Shown: positions 44,894 to 54,726, counted from the stretch's first letter. The stretch: DNA of 64,000 nucleotides from an uncultured Candidatus Saccharibacteria bacterium (GCA_964506305.1 CAZDKD010000001.1:8031-72030); one strand, 5' to 3'. Translations and numbers: made by a program. Notes: generated by a model from the letters alone, not told the origin.

Positions 44894-45115
44894 ATGAAAA
44901 AAATATCAAAAGTTTTAGCAATATATACTATTTTGATTTCTCTTTTTATTATAGGAGCTAATTTTGTTTTAATAGACCAAGAGATGTCTGTCAATTCTCG
45001 AATGGCTTGGATATCCTTAATAGTTATGGCTCCGGTTATTATATTTTCCGCCTTGGTAATTTTTTACTCAAGAGGAAAAAAAGAAGAAAAACCAGAAGAG
45101 CCAATGGAAGAATAG
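44894..45115 (+). CDS. small membrane protein
   Basis: Two TM helices. Confidence 0.35.
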   Translation: MKKISKVLAIYTILISLFIIGANFVLIDQEMSVNSRMAWISLIVMAPVIIFSALVIFYSRGKKEEKPEEPMEE

Positions 45116-45121
45116 AAAAAC

Positions 45122-45958
45122 ATGGTTTCTTTGTATGTTACAAAATTTAACGGAGGAAGAGAGCTTTTTTCTGTTAAGAAAGTATTCTGGTCAGCCAGGC
45201 GAGTTGGCGCTTCCAAAAAACTAGCTGAGGAAATTGCTGAAACTATTAAAAAAGAGGCATACCCCGAAATTAAAACTTCTGAGATTTTTAAGAGAATAAA
45301 AAAAATACTTCAGAAGAAGGTTCCCCGGGCTGCTATAAAATTCAATCTTAAAAAAGGAATAAGGAAGCTTGGGCCTACCGGATTTCCTTTTGAAAAATAC
45401 ATCGGAGCAGTTTTTTCTAAACAGGGTTATAAGGTGGAATTGAACCGGCATATTCCCGGTTTTTGCTGTCGGGAATACGAAATAGATTTTTTAGCTAGAA
45501 AAAACAGCTTGCTTTATATCGGCGAATGCAAATACCGTAATTTACCTAAGCATAAAATTCATTCAGATACTGCTTTAGCAAACTATGCTCGCTTCTTAGA
45601 CATTAAAAAAGGTTGTGGTTTGGGAAAAGATGTTAAAGTTAAAAGTTTACTAATTACTAATACTAAGTTTACAACTAAGGCTGTTAGGTATTCTGAATGC
45701 GTGGGAGTTGAGATTTTAGGCTGGAATTATCCCAAAGGCAAGGGATTAGAGTATGTGATAGATAGCCAGAAATTATACCCGATTACGGTTCTCCCTTCTT
45801 TAAATCGGTATTTGGCTAAGATTTTTGCTTTAAAGAAAATTATGCTGGTTCAGGATATTCTAAAGATTAATGTCGGAAGTTTTGCTAAAACAACAAAGAT
45901 ACCTAAAAAACGCCTTCAATCTTTAATAAAAGAAGCAGAGGTTTTATTAAAATTATGA
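45122..45958 (+). CDS. ATP-cone domain fused to Mrr-like restriction-endonuclease (PD-(D/E)XK) domain
   Basis: ATP-cone: VTKFNGGRELFSVKKV...IAETIKK; nuclease: FEKYIGAVFSKQGY...EIDFLA...LLYIGECKYRN. Confidence 0.5.
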   Translation: MVSLYVTKFNGGRELFSVKKVFWSARRVGASKKLAEEIAETIKKEAYPEIKTSEIFKRIKKILQKKVPRAAIKFNLKKGIRKLGPTGFPFEKYIGAVFSKQGYKVELNRHIPGFCCREYEIDFLARKNSLLYIGECKYRNLPKHKIHSDTALANYARFLDIKKGCGLGKDVKVKSLLITNTKFTTKAVRYSECVGVEILGWNYPKGKGLEYVIDSQKLYPITVLPSLNRYLAKIFALKKIMLVQDILKINVGSFAKTTKIPKKRLQSLIKEAEVLLKL

Positions 45959-46284
45959 AATATACAGATTTTAAGGAAATTTTAGAAGTGATTGCTGGTT
46001 CTGCCAGAAAAAAGGAAACGGTAGAAATTTATTATCCTAAAACGGAAAATAATCCCGAGGGTTGGCGGGAAGTTGAACCTTATAGTTTGGCTACTGACCT
46101 TGCTCCGGAGGGAGAACACTTAATTTATGGGAAAGATCGCTTGAGTCCCGGTCATATTTTCAACGGGTATACAGTAGGAAGTTATGATAAGCATTGCGAT
46201 TCTTTTATTATTGGCAAAATTAAAGCGGCTAGAGTTGGCGGAAAGAAATTTAGTCCCAGAAATAATTGGCAGGTGGAGTTTTAG
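45955..46284 (+). CDS. hypothetical protein
   Basis: ORF, start overlaps previous stop (ATGA). Confidence 0.4.
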   Translation: MKYTDFKEILEVIAGSARKKETVEIYYPKTENNPEGWREVEPYSLATDLAPEGEHLIYGKDRLSPGHIFNGYTVGSYDKHCDSFIIGKIKAARVGGKKFSPRNNWQVEF

Positions 46285-46362
46285 CTTGTTTTCTAATCTC
46301 TAATAGAGTAAAATGTTAAAAAAGGTCGATTTTGTTTTATCGGCTAAAACCTTTTTTTTAAA

Positions 46363-46596
46363 ATGGTGAAAAAAATAAAATTTTTCTTAATATTTGTAAT
46401 TGGGCTTCTTTTTGGTTTACTTGTGCACGGACTTATTGAGATAGTGTCTATCTGGGTCTTATTAAACTGGTTAGAAGATTTTTTCTATGCAGTTTCCTGG
46501 GGCACTTGGGTGTGGGTTCATTTGATTTCTATGATAGCGCTCGAAATTGTAGGGTTGATTATTGCTGTTTGGATTTTTATAAGGTATGAAAAATAG
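46363..46596 (+). CDS. small membrane protein
   Basis: Two TM helices, Trp-rich. Confidence 0.35.
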   Translation: MVKKIKFFLIFVIGLLFGLLVHGLIEIVSIWVLLNWLEDFFYAVSWGTWVWVHLISMIALEIVGLIIAVWIFIRYEK

Positions 46597-46680
46597 GGAA
46601 GATTTCCCGGAGAATTTTGTGATTATTTACCAGAAAATCGCCCAAAAGGCGATTTTCTGGACTAATGAGATTTGTAATTT

Positions 46681-47592
46681 ATGATTAAATATCTTAAACG
46701 AACAATTAAAGATAGGTCCATAAAAACTATTTCTGGTTTGGAAATAGGCTGTTGGGTTGATGTAATAAGTCCCTCCCCGGAGGAGATAGAATATTTGGTT
46801 AAAAAATTTCGGCTTGATGAAAGAAACTTAGAATCAGGAATGGACCAAAACGAGATTCCTCATATTGATTTTGTTAATGGCGATATTTACTTTTTTGCCA
46901 AAAATGTTCCGGCTCGCCAGAAGAAAGAAATAGAAACATATTTGATAGTAATCAGTAAAAGGTTTATTCTTACGCTTTCTAAAACCGAACCCGATTTTGT
47001 AAAAGAAATTTCAGAGGGAAAAACCAATCTTGTTACCACTCAAAAATTGAAATGTCTTATTAGGCTTTTTTCTTTAATGAACGAAAGTTTTGAAAGATTA
47101 ACTGTGGAAGTAGTGAAAACGGTCCAAACCGGAAGGAAGTCATTTACCGAACTGGAAGAAAAACAGATCAATGCTTTATTAGAGCAAGAAAATACTCTTA
47201 ATAATCTCGTTTCCGCTTATTACTATATGAATTTATTGTATGAACGGGCAATTCGGAGAATAAAGTTTTTTGAGCAGGATAAAGAAATTATAGAAGACCT
47301 TACTATTGAGGCAACCCAGGGTCTTAATCTTTGCAAATCATCCTTAAAAGCAATTTCCAATGTGAGAAATTATTATGTGGTTTTTCTTTCTAATAAATTA
47401 AATAAGATTATTACTGTTCTTACTGTATTTACTATTGTTATCAGCATACCGGCTGCAATTTCCGGGCTTTACGGAATGAATGTTTTGCTTCCTTTTGCCG
47501 AAAATCCTCGGGTTTTTTACTATCTGGTAATATTAATAACAGGAACCTGGCTGGGTTTCATTTTGTACTTAAAGAGAAAGAGAATTCTTTAA
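46681..47592 (+). CDS. corA: CorA-family magnesium transporter
   Basis: C-terminal two TM with GLYGMNV motif. Confidence 0.7.
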   Translation: MIKYLKRTIKDRSIKTISGLEIGCWVDVISPSPEEIEYLVKKFRLDERNLESGMDQNEIPHIDFVNGDIYFFAKNVPARQKKEIETYLIVISKRFILTLSKTEPDFVKEISEGKTNLVTTQKLKCLIRLFSLMNESFERLTVEVVKTVQTGRKSFTELEEKQINALLEQENTLNNLVSAYYYMNLLYERAIRRIKFFEQDKEIIEDLTIEATQGLNLCKSSLKAISNVRNYYVVFLSNKLNKIITVLTVFTIVISIPAAISGLYGMNVLLPFAENPRVFYYLVILITGTWLGFILYLKRKRIL

Positions 47593-47646
47593 AACAAAAT
47601 AGAATTAAAAGCCCTGTTTTGACGGGGGTTTTTTATTTTTTTAGAT

Positions 47647-48348
47647 ATGGTAAAATACAAGTACTGTGCTGATATTAAAATGATTACTTTAACTCAAGTA
47701 AAAAAGAATCCTCGAATTTCGGAATTCATTAGCCGGACCGAAGTCGTTTTGGCTAAACTTTCTTATACTGATCACGGGTTTAGGCATGCTAATTTGGTGT
47801 CCACTAGGGCAAGGAAAATTGCTCAAGAGCTTGGTTTACCTAAGAAAGAAGAGGAAATGGCTGCAGTCGCTGCTTATTGCCACGACATGGCAAACTTTAT
47901 GAGCCGGAGCCATCATAATTATTTTGGCGCTTTGCTTTTTCATCAAGTTTTTCAGAATGAATCTGATCCGAAAGAATTGGTAACTATTATGCAAGCTATT
48001 ACTAATCATGATAAGAAGGCTGAAGACATGAGTTTTGAAAGTCCGGTTTCAGCCATTGTTCTTTTAGCAGATAAATCTGATGTTCACCGCTCGAGAGTTA
48101 CTGTTAAAATCATGAAAGAGATAAAAGCCGATATTCACGACCGGGTTAATTATGCTACGAAAATGAGTCGCGTGGAAGTTGATAAAAAGAAAAAAAGAAT
48201 TACCTTGAGGCTGAAAATTGACACTAATTTTGTTCCAATACTGGAATATTTTGAGATTTTTGTCCAAAGAATGGGTTTTTGCCGAAAAGCAGCAAAATTC
48301 CTGGATTATGATTTCGGTTTAATAATTAATAAATTTAGGTTATTATAA
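47647..48348 (+). CDS. HD-domain phosphohydrolase
   Basis: HGFRHANLV ... AAYCHDMANF (H...HD). Confidence 0.65.
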   Translation: MVKYKYCADIKMITLTQVKKNPRISEFISRTEVVLAKLSYTDHGFRHANLVSTRARKIAQELGLPKKEEEMAAVAAYCHDMANFMSRSHHNYFGALLFHQVFQNESDPKELVTIMQAITNHDKKAEDMSFESPVSAIVLLADKSDVHRSRVTVKIMKEIKADIHDRVNYATKMSRVEVDKKKKRITLRLKIDTNFVPILEYFEIFVQRMGFCRKAAKFLDYDFGLIINKFRLL

Positions 48349-48380
48349 TATACCGAGAACCTGATATGGAACAATATTTA

Positions 48381-48450
48381 TAAGAACCTGCTCGCTCTGC
48401 TCGCAGAACCTTGATTCGCTAAGGTATGGAACATATGATCTTAAATTTAG
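48381..48450 (+). promoter_or_regulatory. promoter cassette R3 copy c
   Basis: taagaacctgctcgctctgctcgcagaaccttgattcgctaaggtatggaacatatgatcttaaattta. Confidence 0.5.
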
Positions 48451-48632
48451 AAAATTCATGGATTTTTTTGTTAATAGCTCTCTGGACATTGCCTTGGAAG
48501 GGGGTGGCCTTATGGAAATCTGCTAAAAATAAACAAGTAGGATGGTTTGTTGCCATGCTGATTTTAAATACTCTTGCTATATTGGAAATCATTTATATTT
48601 TTTATTTCAGTAAAAAGAAAAAAATAGTATGA
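48426..48632 (+). CDS. small membrane protein (WKG.ALWKSAKN..W.W pattern)
   Basis: Two TM; driven by R3c; stop overlaps next start. Confidence 0.4.
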   Translation: MEHMILNLENSWIFLLIALWTLPWKGVALWKSAKNKQVGWFVAMLILNTLAILEIIYIFYFSKKKKIV

Positions 48633-49144
48633 ATATTTATGAAGCAATTGAAAAAAGAAGAAGCGTTCGATCTTTTAGAGATGAAGATATTTCAGAAAAA
48701 AAATTAAAAAGAGTGCTGGAAGCGGGAATATTAGCTCCCTCAGCCCATAATTCTCAGGAGTATAAATTTGTAGTAGTGAAAGATGCTGAGAAAAGGAAAG
48801 CTTTAGGGGAGGCAGCTTCGGGCCAAAGATTTGTAGGAGAAGCTCCAATAGTTATCGCAGCCGTGTCTTTAAATCCGGGAAATTTAATGAGTTCGGAAGT
48901 TCCCGCTTACGCTCTTGACTTAGCCATTGCTTTAGACTATATGACTTTGGCTGCGGTAGAAGAGGAATTGGGTACTTGCTGGGTGGGCGCTTTTTCCCAG
49001 GAGAAAGTGAAAAAGGTTTTAAATGTTCCCGCTCCTTATAAAGTAGCTGCCCTTTTACCTCTTGGCATTCCTGATGATCGGTCAGCTCCTAAATCCAGAA
49101 AAAAATTGGACGAATTAGTCTGCTCTGAAGAATTTTTTGAATAA
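48629..49144 (+). CDS. nitroreductase family protein
   Basis: EAIEKRRSVRSF, LAPSAHNSQ, characteristic nitroreductase N-terminus. Confidence 0.75.
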   Translation: MNIYEAIEKRRSVRSFRDEDISEKKLKRVLEAGILAPSAHNSQEYKFVVVKDAEKRKALGEAASGQRFVGEAPIVIAAVSLNPGNLMSSEVPAYALDLAIALDYMTLAAVEEELGTCWVGAFSQEKVKKVLNVPAPYKVAALLPLGIPDDRSAPKSRKKLDELVCSEEFFE

Positions 49145-49169
49145 TTAAAGCCAAGCCCGGCAAACAAAT

Positions 49170-49415
49170 ATGTTTGATAAATTAAAACAAATTGGAAAAT
49201 TAAGAGAGGTTCAAAAATCTTTGGAAGACGAAAAAGTTGAGATAGAAAAAAATGGAACTCGGGTTGTGATAAACGGCAATCTTAAGGTTTTGAGCGTTAG
49301 TTTAAATTCGGGGTTGGAGAAAGAAGAGCAGGAAAAAGTTTTGAGCGAATGCTTTAATGAGGGCATGGAAAAGGTCAAACTTGCCATGGCTCAGAAATTT
49401 CAGGGGATGATATAA
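49170..49415 (+). CDS. ybaB: YbaB/EbfC nucleoid-associated protein
   Basis: MFDKLKQIGKLREVQ...VVINGNLKVLSVSLN pattern. Confidence 0.7.
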   Translation: MFDKLKQIGKLREVQKSLEDEKVEIEKNGTRVVINGNLKVLSVSLNSGLEKEEQEKVLSECFNEGMEKVKLAMAQKFQGMI

Positions 49416-49485
49416 GAACCATGACTCGTTTCACTCGTCAGAATCTTGATTCGCTGATGTAAAACATATAGTCTTGAATTAGAAA
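49411..49485 (+). promoter_or_regulatory. promoter cassette R3 copy d
   Basis: tataagaaccatgactcgtttcactcgtcagaatcttgattcgctgatgtaaaacatatagtcttgaattagaaa. Confidence 0.45.
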
Positions 49486-49541
49486 TTTTTTTAAAAAACA
49501 ACGAGCGGATTAGTAAAACTAATCCGCTTTTTTCTTGCCTC

Positions 49542-49615
49542 GTAGAGAAAATTTGACTGCCTTTAACAGGAAGTATTTTGCTAAGCAAAACATCTGTCAA
49601 GTTTCTTCTACGGGG
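49542..49615 (+). ncRNA. conserved ~70-nt structured element, copy 2
   Basis: gtagagaaaatttgactgcctttaacaggaagtattttgctaagcaaaacatctgtcaagtttcttctacgggg; preceded by terminator 49499-49535. Confidence 0.35.
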
Positions 49616-49725
49616 TTGACAGGAGATAGTTATGGGTATATATTTAAAATAGATATACACTATAAATAGGTATACACTAAAGGTCGATATTATGTTAAAA
49701 TAAATTAATTAAATCGCAAACTAAC

Positions 49726-50106
49726 ATGCCATTTGGAAATCAAACAGGCCCAATGGGCCAAGGTCCGATGACCGGAAGAGGAGCAGGCTACTGCGCAGGA
49801 TATGATAGACCAGGTTATGCTAATTCAGTTCCCGAAAGAGGAGTTGGTTTTGGACGAGGCTTAGGCAGAGGAAGAGGATATAGAAATTGGTATAGAGCTA
49901 CCGGTCTTCCGGGCTGGCAAAGAACCCAGATGGGTTATCCTGCCTGGGGAGGCAGGGGATATTATCCTCCAGCTCAACCAACAGTTAAAGAAGAGAAGGA
50001 GATGATTAAAGAGGAAAAGGAAATGGTTCAAGGAGAAATGAGCGCTTTAAAAGATCAAATGAAAGCTCTTGAAGACCGTTTTAAGGAATTAATTAAGAAA
50101 AAATAA
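49726..50106 (+). CDS. DUF5320-like Gly/Arg-rich protein with C-terminal coiled coil
   Basis: [26 protein letters not shown]...; paralogous N-terminus in next gene. Confidence 0.5.
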   Translation: MPFGNQTGPMGQGPMTGRGAGYCAGYDRPGYANSVPERGVGFGRGLGRGRGYRNWYRATGLPGWQRTQMGYPAWGGRGYYPPAQPTVKEEKEMIKEEKEMVQGEMSALKDQMKALEDRFKELIKKK

Positions 50107-50117
50107 GAAAAAATATT

Positions 50118-50345
50118 ATGTCACCATTAGGAAATGGAACAGGTCCTGCTGGCCAGGGGCCAGGAACAGGCCAAGGTTTGGGTAAAGGAGGCGGCCGGGG
50201 CCGCCAGCCCGGCGGTTTTGGTTTAGGAGCTGGCGGTGAGTGTGTTTGCCCCAAATGCGGTACGAATGCTCCTCATCAACAGGGGGTGCCTTGTTATGAA
50301 CAAAAATGTCCTAAATGCGGTAGTCCGCTGACTAGAAAAAGATAA
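50118..50345 (+). CDS. DUF5320-like Gly-rich protein with C-terminal zinc ribbon
   Basis: [20 protein letters not shown]...CVCPKCG...CPKCGSP. Confidence 0.5.
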   Translation: MSPLGNGTGPAGQGPGTGQGLGKGGGRGRQPGGFGLGAGGECVCPKCGTNAPHQQGVPCYEQKCPKCGSPLTRKR

Positions 50346-50352
50346 AAAATTT

Positions 50353-50847
50353 ATGAAAATTTGTATTACCAGCAATGGTCCTAATTTAAATTCTTTAGTT
50401 GACCCGCGTTTTGGCAGGTGCCTTTATTTTATATTTATTGACGATGAAAAACCGGATAAGTTTGAGGCTGTTCAGAATGCTGGTATAAACGCTATAAGGG
50501 GAGCGGGGGTTCAAGCAGCTCAAAGTGTAGTTGACCAGGGAGCAGAAATAGCTATCACTGGAAATGTCGGGCCCAATTCTTTTGGAGCCTTAAACGCTTC
50601 CGGGGTAAGAATTTTTCAGGCGATGCCAGGAACAAAAATAAAAGATGCCTTAGCTGCTTTTAAACAAAATCAGCTGCTGGAAATAACTCGTCCCGTTGGA
50701 GCCGGATTTGGGGCTCCGGGCGGCGGAGGAGGTTTTAGTCCGGGAGGACCTGCTGGTGGAGGAAGAGGTCCTGGAGGAGGAGCTGGATCTTCTGGTTCTG
50801 CCAGAAGGAGTGGCGGTTTCGGCGCTGGCAGAGGGAGAGGCAGATAA
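50353..50847 (+). CDS. NifX/NifB-like (dinitrogenase FeMo-cofactor-binding fold) protein with Gly-rich tail
   Basis: MKICITSNG...VDPRFGRC..F..ID......FEAVQN..........AAQSVVDQGAEIAITGNVGPN. Confidence 0.6.
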   Translation: MKICITSNGPNLNSLVDPRFGRCLYFIFIDDEKPDKFEAVQNAGINAIRGAGVQAAQSVVDQGAEIAITGNVGPNSFGALNASGVRIFQAMPGTKIKDALAAFKQNQLLEITRPVGAGFGAPGGGGGFSPGGPAGGGRGPGGGAGSSGSARRSGGFGAGRGRGR

Positions 50848-50912
50848 TAATAAGGCCTAACCTCGGAAGTTAAAGTTAGATAAAAAGAGAGTTTTTGTAA
50901 TTTTTAAAAAAC

Positions 50913-52151
50913 ATGGCAGATATTTTTAAACAAGGACAAAAAACTACAATGGTAGCAACTTTAGCTACCATTACTTTTGCTTTGGCGAAAGCAATAGTTG
51001 GGCTTATTTCGGGTAGCGTAGTGTTATTAGGTGATGCTGTGCATAGTTTTGCTGATTCTTTTTCTAGTTTTGCTGCTTGGTTTGGCTTGAAAATCGCTAA
51101 AAAAGAACCCACCCAGAAATTTCCTTACGGTTTTTATAAAGCAGAAAGTGTAGCCGCTTTTTTAATTTCTCTTTTAATTTTATTTGCCGGTTACACCATT
51201 GTAAAAGAAAGCATAAGTAAGCTTTTTGTAGAACACCAGCTTTCTATCCCAGTAGTAGCAATAACTGTAGCTTTTTTAGATGCTATAGTAATGTTTTTAA
51301 TTGGATCTTATGAAATAAAAACTGGTAAGAAAATTAATTCTCAAAGCTTGATTGCAGATGGTAAGGAATCAAGAATGCACTTATTATCTTCTTCAATTGT
51401 TTTAGTGGGTATTATTTCTGTTTTATTTGGTATTCCTTATCTTGAGGGGGGAGCAGGAGTTTTGATATCTCTTTTTATTTTTTACGCGGGATTTGAATCG
51501 GCTAAAAATTCTATTTTTTCTTTAATGGATGTTTCTCCAGATCCTGAGGTTGAAAAGAAGATTAAGAAGATTTTAAATCAAATATCTGGATTAAGAGATT
51601 TTGAAAATTTGAAATTAAGAAAGTCAGGCCCTTTTGTGTTTGGAGAGGTTGAGGTGAAGATAGGAAAGGCAGTAAGCATGGATAAGGCAAACGAAATCTC
51701 AAGAAATATTGAAAGAGAAATTAAAAAGAAAATAAAAACAGTGGACTCTTTTACAGTTTCTTTCAGACCCTTTGAAACAAAAAAACAAAAGATTTGCATT
51801 CCAGTTGAGGTAGACAAAGGTTTGGAATCTGAAATCTCATTACATTTTGGCAGAGCTCCTTTGTTTATGTTTTTAGAAATAGAAGAGGGAGAAGTAAAAC
51901 GTTCTTATATTAAAAAAAACCTTTATCAGAAAGAAGAGGTGAGGGCAGGGCTTGCAGCATGTGAGTTTGTTATTCAAGAAAAAATTGATTCTATAATTAC
52001 TAAAGAAATGGGACCTATTTCCCTTCATACTTTAAGAGATAATATTGTCGATGTCTATAGGGGGATTGATAAAACAGTTAAACAAGCTATCCAAAATTAT
52101 TCTCAGGGAAAATTAAATTTTCTCAAAGAACCAACCAGAGAAAAAACCTAG
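50913..52151 (+). CDS. cation diffusion facilitator transporter fused to C-terminal NifX-like domain
   Basis: CDF TM core HSFADSFSSFAAWFG...YGFYKAESVAAF; C-term KICIPVEVDKGLESEISLHFGRAPLFMFLEI. Confidence 0.65.
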   Translation: MADIFKQGQKTTMVATLATITFALAKAIVGLISGSVVLLGDAVHSFADSFSSFAAWFGLKIAKKEPTQKFPYGFYKAESVAAFLISLLILFAGYTIVKESISKLFVEHQLSIPVVAITVAFLDAIVMFLIGSYEIKTGKKINSQSLIADGKESRMHLLSSSIVLVGIISVLFGIPYLEGGAGVLISLFIFYAGFESAKNSIFSLMDVSPDPEVEKKIKKILNQISGLRDFENLKLRKSGPFVFGEVEVKIGKAVSMDKANEISRNIEREIKKKIKTVDSFTVSFRPFETKKQKICIPVEVDKGLESEISLHFGRAPLFMFLEIEEGEVKRSYIKKNLYQKEEVRAGLAACEFVIQEKIDSIITKEMGPISLHTLRDNIVDVYRGIDKTVKQAIQNYSQGKLNFLKEPTREKT

Positions 52152-52210
52152 CTAAAACGGAGAGCGGGTCTCCTTTAACCTTTAATTTTTAAAGATATTA
52201 AAACTTAGTT

Positions 52211-53050
52211 ATGAGAAAAATAGCAATAACCGGTGGCAAAGGTGGAACTGGAAAAAGCACTGTTGCCGTTTTGACGGCAAATAAATTAATTAAAGAAGGC
52301 AAGAGAGTTGTTTTGGTGGACTGCGATGTGGAATGTCCTAATGATTATTTGCTTTTAGGTAAAAAATTAAAAAAATCGATCAAAAAGGTTTTTACTGATT
52401 TTCCGGTTTTAGATAAGAAAAAATGCCAGAAGTGCGGCCTTTGCGTGAGAACTTGTAGAGAAAATGCTATATTTCAACCACGGGATAAAAATGGAAAGCC
52501 GGATTACCCAATTTTTATTAAAGATTTATGTTCTGCTTGCGGGGCTTGTTGGATTGTTTGTCCCAATAAGGCCATTAAAACAAAGAAAGAAGAGATTGGA
52601 AAAGTATATCTGAACAAAGAACAAAATTTTTGGCTGGTTACCGGAGTAGCTAAAGCGGGATTAGAGGAAACAGGGCCGGTAGTTACAGAAACTAAAAAGA
52701 TTGCCCTAAGCCTTGCTAAGAAAATAAAAGCGGATTATATCTTATTTGATACGGCGGCTGGAACTCATTGTCCGGTAATCTCTGCTTTGATGGGTTGTGA
52801 CTTAGCTTACTGTGTTACCGAGCCGACTCCGATGGGTAAGTATGACTTAAGTTTGATTTTAGACCTTTGCAAAAAACTTAAGATTCCTGCTAAAATAGTA
52901 TTAAATCAGGCAGATTTGGGCAATAAAAAAGGAATTCAGGAGATTGCTAAAAAATATAAAATAAAAATTAGAAGAGAAATTCCTTATTCCAAGAAACTTG
53001 TTGAAGCTTATTCTAAAGGGAAGTTGTTAAATTTTCAATTTAATTACTAA
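52211..53050 (+). CDS. Mrp/MinD-family P-loop ATPase with inserted 2x[4Fe-4S] ferredoxin domain
   Basis: Walker A GGKGGTGKST; CQKCGLCVRTCRENA and CSACGACWIVCPNKA. Confidence 0.7.
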   Translation: MRKIAITGGKGGTGKSTVAVLTANKLIKEGKRVVLVDCDVECPNDYLLLGKKLKKSIKKVFTDFPVLDKKKCQKCGLCVRTCRENAIFQPRDKNGKPDYPIFIKDLCSACGACWIVCPNKAIKTKKEEIGKVYLNKEQNFWLVTGVAKAGLEETGPVVTETKKIALSLAKKIKADYILFDTAAGTHCPVISALMGCDLAYCVTEPTPMGKYDLSLILDLCKKLKIPAKIVLNQADLGNKKGIQEIAKKYKIKIRREIPYSKKLVEAYSKGKLLNFQFNY

Positions 53051-53053
53051 GAA

Positions 53054-54712
53054 ATGAAAAAAGATTTTTCAATTTTAATAGGAGGCGCGGCCGGACAAGG
53101 ATCCCGGAAAGCCGGTCTTATAATCGCCAAGTTATTTTCTGAACTTGGTTATAAGATTTTTATTTATGATGATTATCAATCTTTAATCAGGGGCGGTCAC
53201 AGCTTTTCCCATATTAGGGCTTCGAACGAAAAAGTTTTATCTCATCGAGAGAAAGTTGATTTTCTTTTGGCTTTAAATAAAGAGGTTATTGAAAAACACA
53301 AAAAGAAGCTGGATAAAAAGGGAATTGTTATTTATAACAGTGATGAAATTTCTTTTTCGGGGAAAGATTCTGAAGGAATAGCTATGAAAACAATTGTCAA
53401 AGAAGCCGGTGGGATTCCGATAATGGGGAATACTGCCCTTATTGCCGGTTTTGCAAAAATTATTGGGATTGACTGGAAAATTTTAGAAAAGGTTTTAAAA
53501 AAAGAATTTAAAAAATTCCGAGAGCTTAATTTAAAAATAGCTAAAAGAGCTTTTAGCGAAGCAGAAAGCCTGGTTAAAATTAAGAAATTAAATCAAAAAG
53601 GATTTCCTCTTTTAACTGGTAACGAAGCTCTTTCTTTGGGAGCGGTTAAGGCCGGACTCGATCTTTATATTGCTTATCCAATGACTCCGGCAACAGGAGT
53701 TTTGCATTATTTAGCTAAACATAAAGAAGATTTTAATATAGCTGTTGCTCAATTAGAAAACGAGGTAGGAATTGTAAATGCAGCTGTCGGCGCGGCTTAT
53801 GCTGGGGCTAGAACTATGGTAGGAACTTCCGGAGGCGGTTTTGCTTTAATGACAGAGGGGCTTAGCTTAGCTGCTCAGAGTGAAAATCCTTTAGTAATAG
53901 TAGAAAGCCAGAGGATGTCTCCCGGGACTGGAGTAGCGACTTATAACGGCCAGGGCGATTTATTATTTGCTTTAACCGCCGGACATGGAGATATAGTAAG
54001 ATTTGTTATTGCTCCCGGCGATGCTGACGAGGCCTGTTTTTGGAGCGGGAAAATATTAAATCTTTCCTGGAAATACCAAACTCCCTCAATCTTATTAATA
54101 GATAAGGAGATTTCTGAAAGTACATTTAGTTTTGATGAAAGTATTTTAGATGAAATTAAGCGCGAGGAACCATTGCTTTGGAATAAAAAAGGAAAATATT
54201 TGAGGTATAAAAATACAAAAAACGGAATTTCTCCCCTTGCACTTCCCGGAGAGAAAAATGTAATTTCTAAATCAAATAGTTATGAGCATGATGAATTTGG
54301 TATTACCGTGGAGGATGGAAAAAGTACGGAAGAAATGCAGAATAAAAGATTAAGAAAATTTGAAGAAATGAAAAAAGAAGTGGATAAATTAAAGGCAGTT
54401 AAGGTTTGCGGGAAAAAAGGATCTAAAAAAGCGATTATTATTTGGGGTTCAACAAAGGGGCCGGCGAAGGAAGCAGCCGAAAAATTAGGCATTAAAATGA
54501 TTCAGCCGATTATCCTTGAGCCGTTTCCTGAGAAACAAATGAAGCGCGCCCTAAAAGGAGTTAAAAAAATTGCTTTAGTTGAAACAAATGGCTTAGGGCA
54601 AATGGAAAAGGTCTTAAATTGTTACGGGATAAAGGTGGACAAGAAAGTTCTAAAATATGATGCCAGGCCTTTTTTGCCGGAGGAGATAGAAAGAAAGTTA
54701 AGAAAATTTTAA
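53054..54712 (+). CDS. 2-oxoacid:ferredoxin oxidoreductase, fused gamma-alpha subunit
   Basis: Gamma-like N-term ILIGGAAGQGS...; alpha: LTGNEALSLGAVKAGLDLYIAYPMTPATGVL, GTSGGGFALMTEGL. Confidence 0.75.
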   Translation: MKKDFSILIGGAAGQGSRKAGLIIAKLFSELGYKIFIYDDYQSLIRGGHSFSHIRASNEKVLSHREKVDFLLALNKEVIEKHKKKLDKKGIVIYNSDEISFSGKDSEGIAMKTIVKEAGGIPIMGNTALIAGFAKIIGIDWKILEKVLKKEFKKFRELNLKIAKRAFSEAESLVKIKKLNQKGFPLLTGNEALSLGAVKAGLDLYIAYPMTPATGVLHYLAKHKEDFNIAVAQLENEVGIVNAAVGAAYAGARTMVGTSGGGFALMTEGLSLAAQSENPLVIVESQRMSPGTGVATYNGQGDLLFALTAGHGDIVRFVIAPGDADEACFWSGKILNLSWKYQTPSILLIDKEISESTFSFDESILDEIKREEPLLWNKKGKYLRYKNTKNGISPLALPGEKNVISKSNSYEHDEFGITVEDGKSTEEMQNKRLRKFEEMKKEVDKLKAVKVCGKKGSKKAIIIWGSTKGPAKEAAEKLGIKMIQPIILEPFPEKQMKRALKGVKKIALVETNGLGQMEKVLNCYGIKVDKKVLKYDARPFLPEEIERKLRKF

Positions 54713-54726
54713 ATTGATTTAAAATT

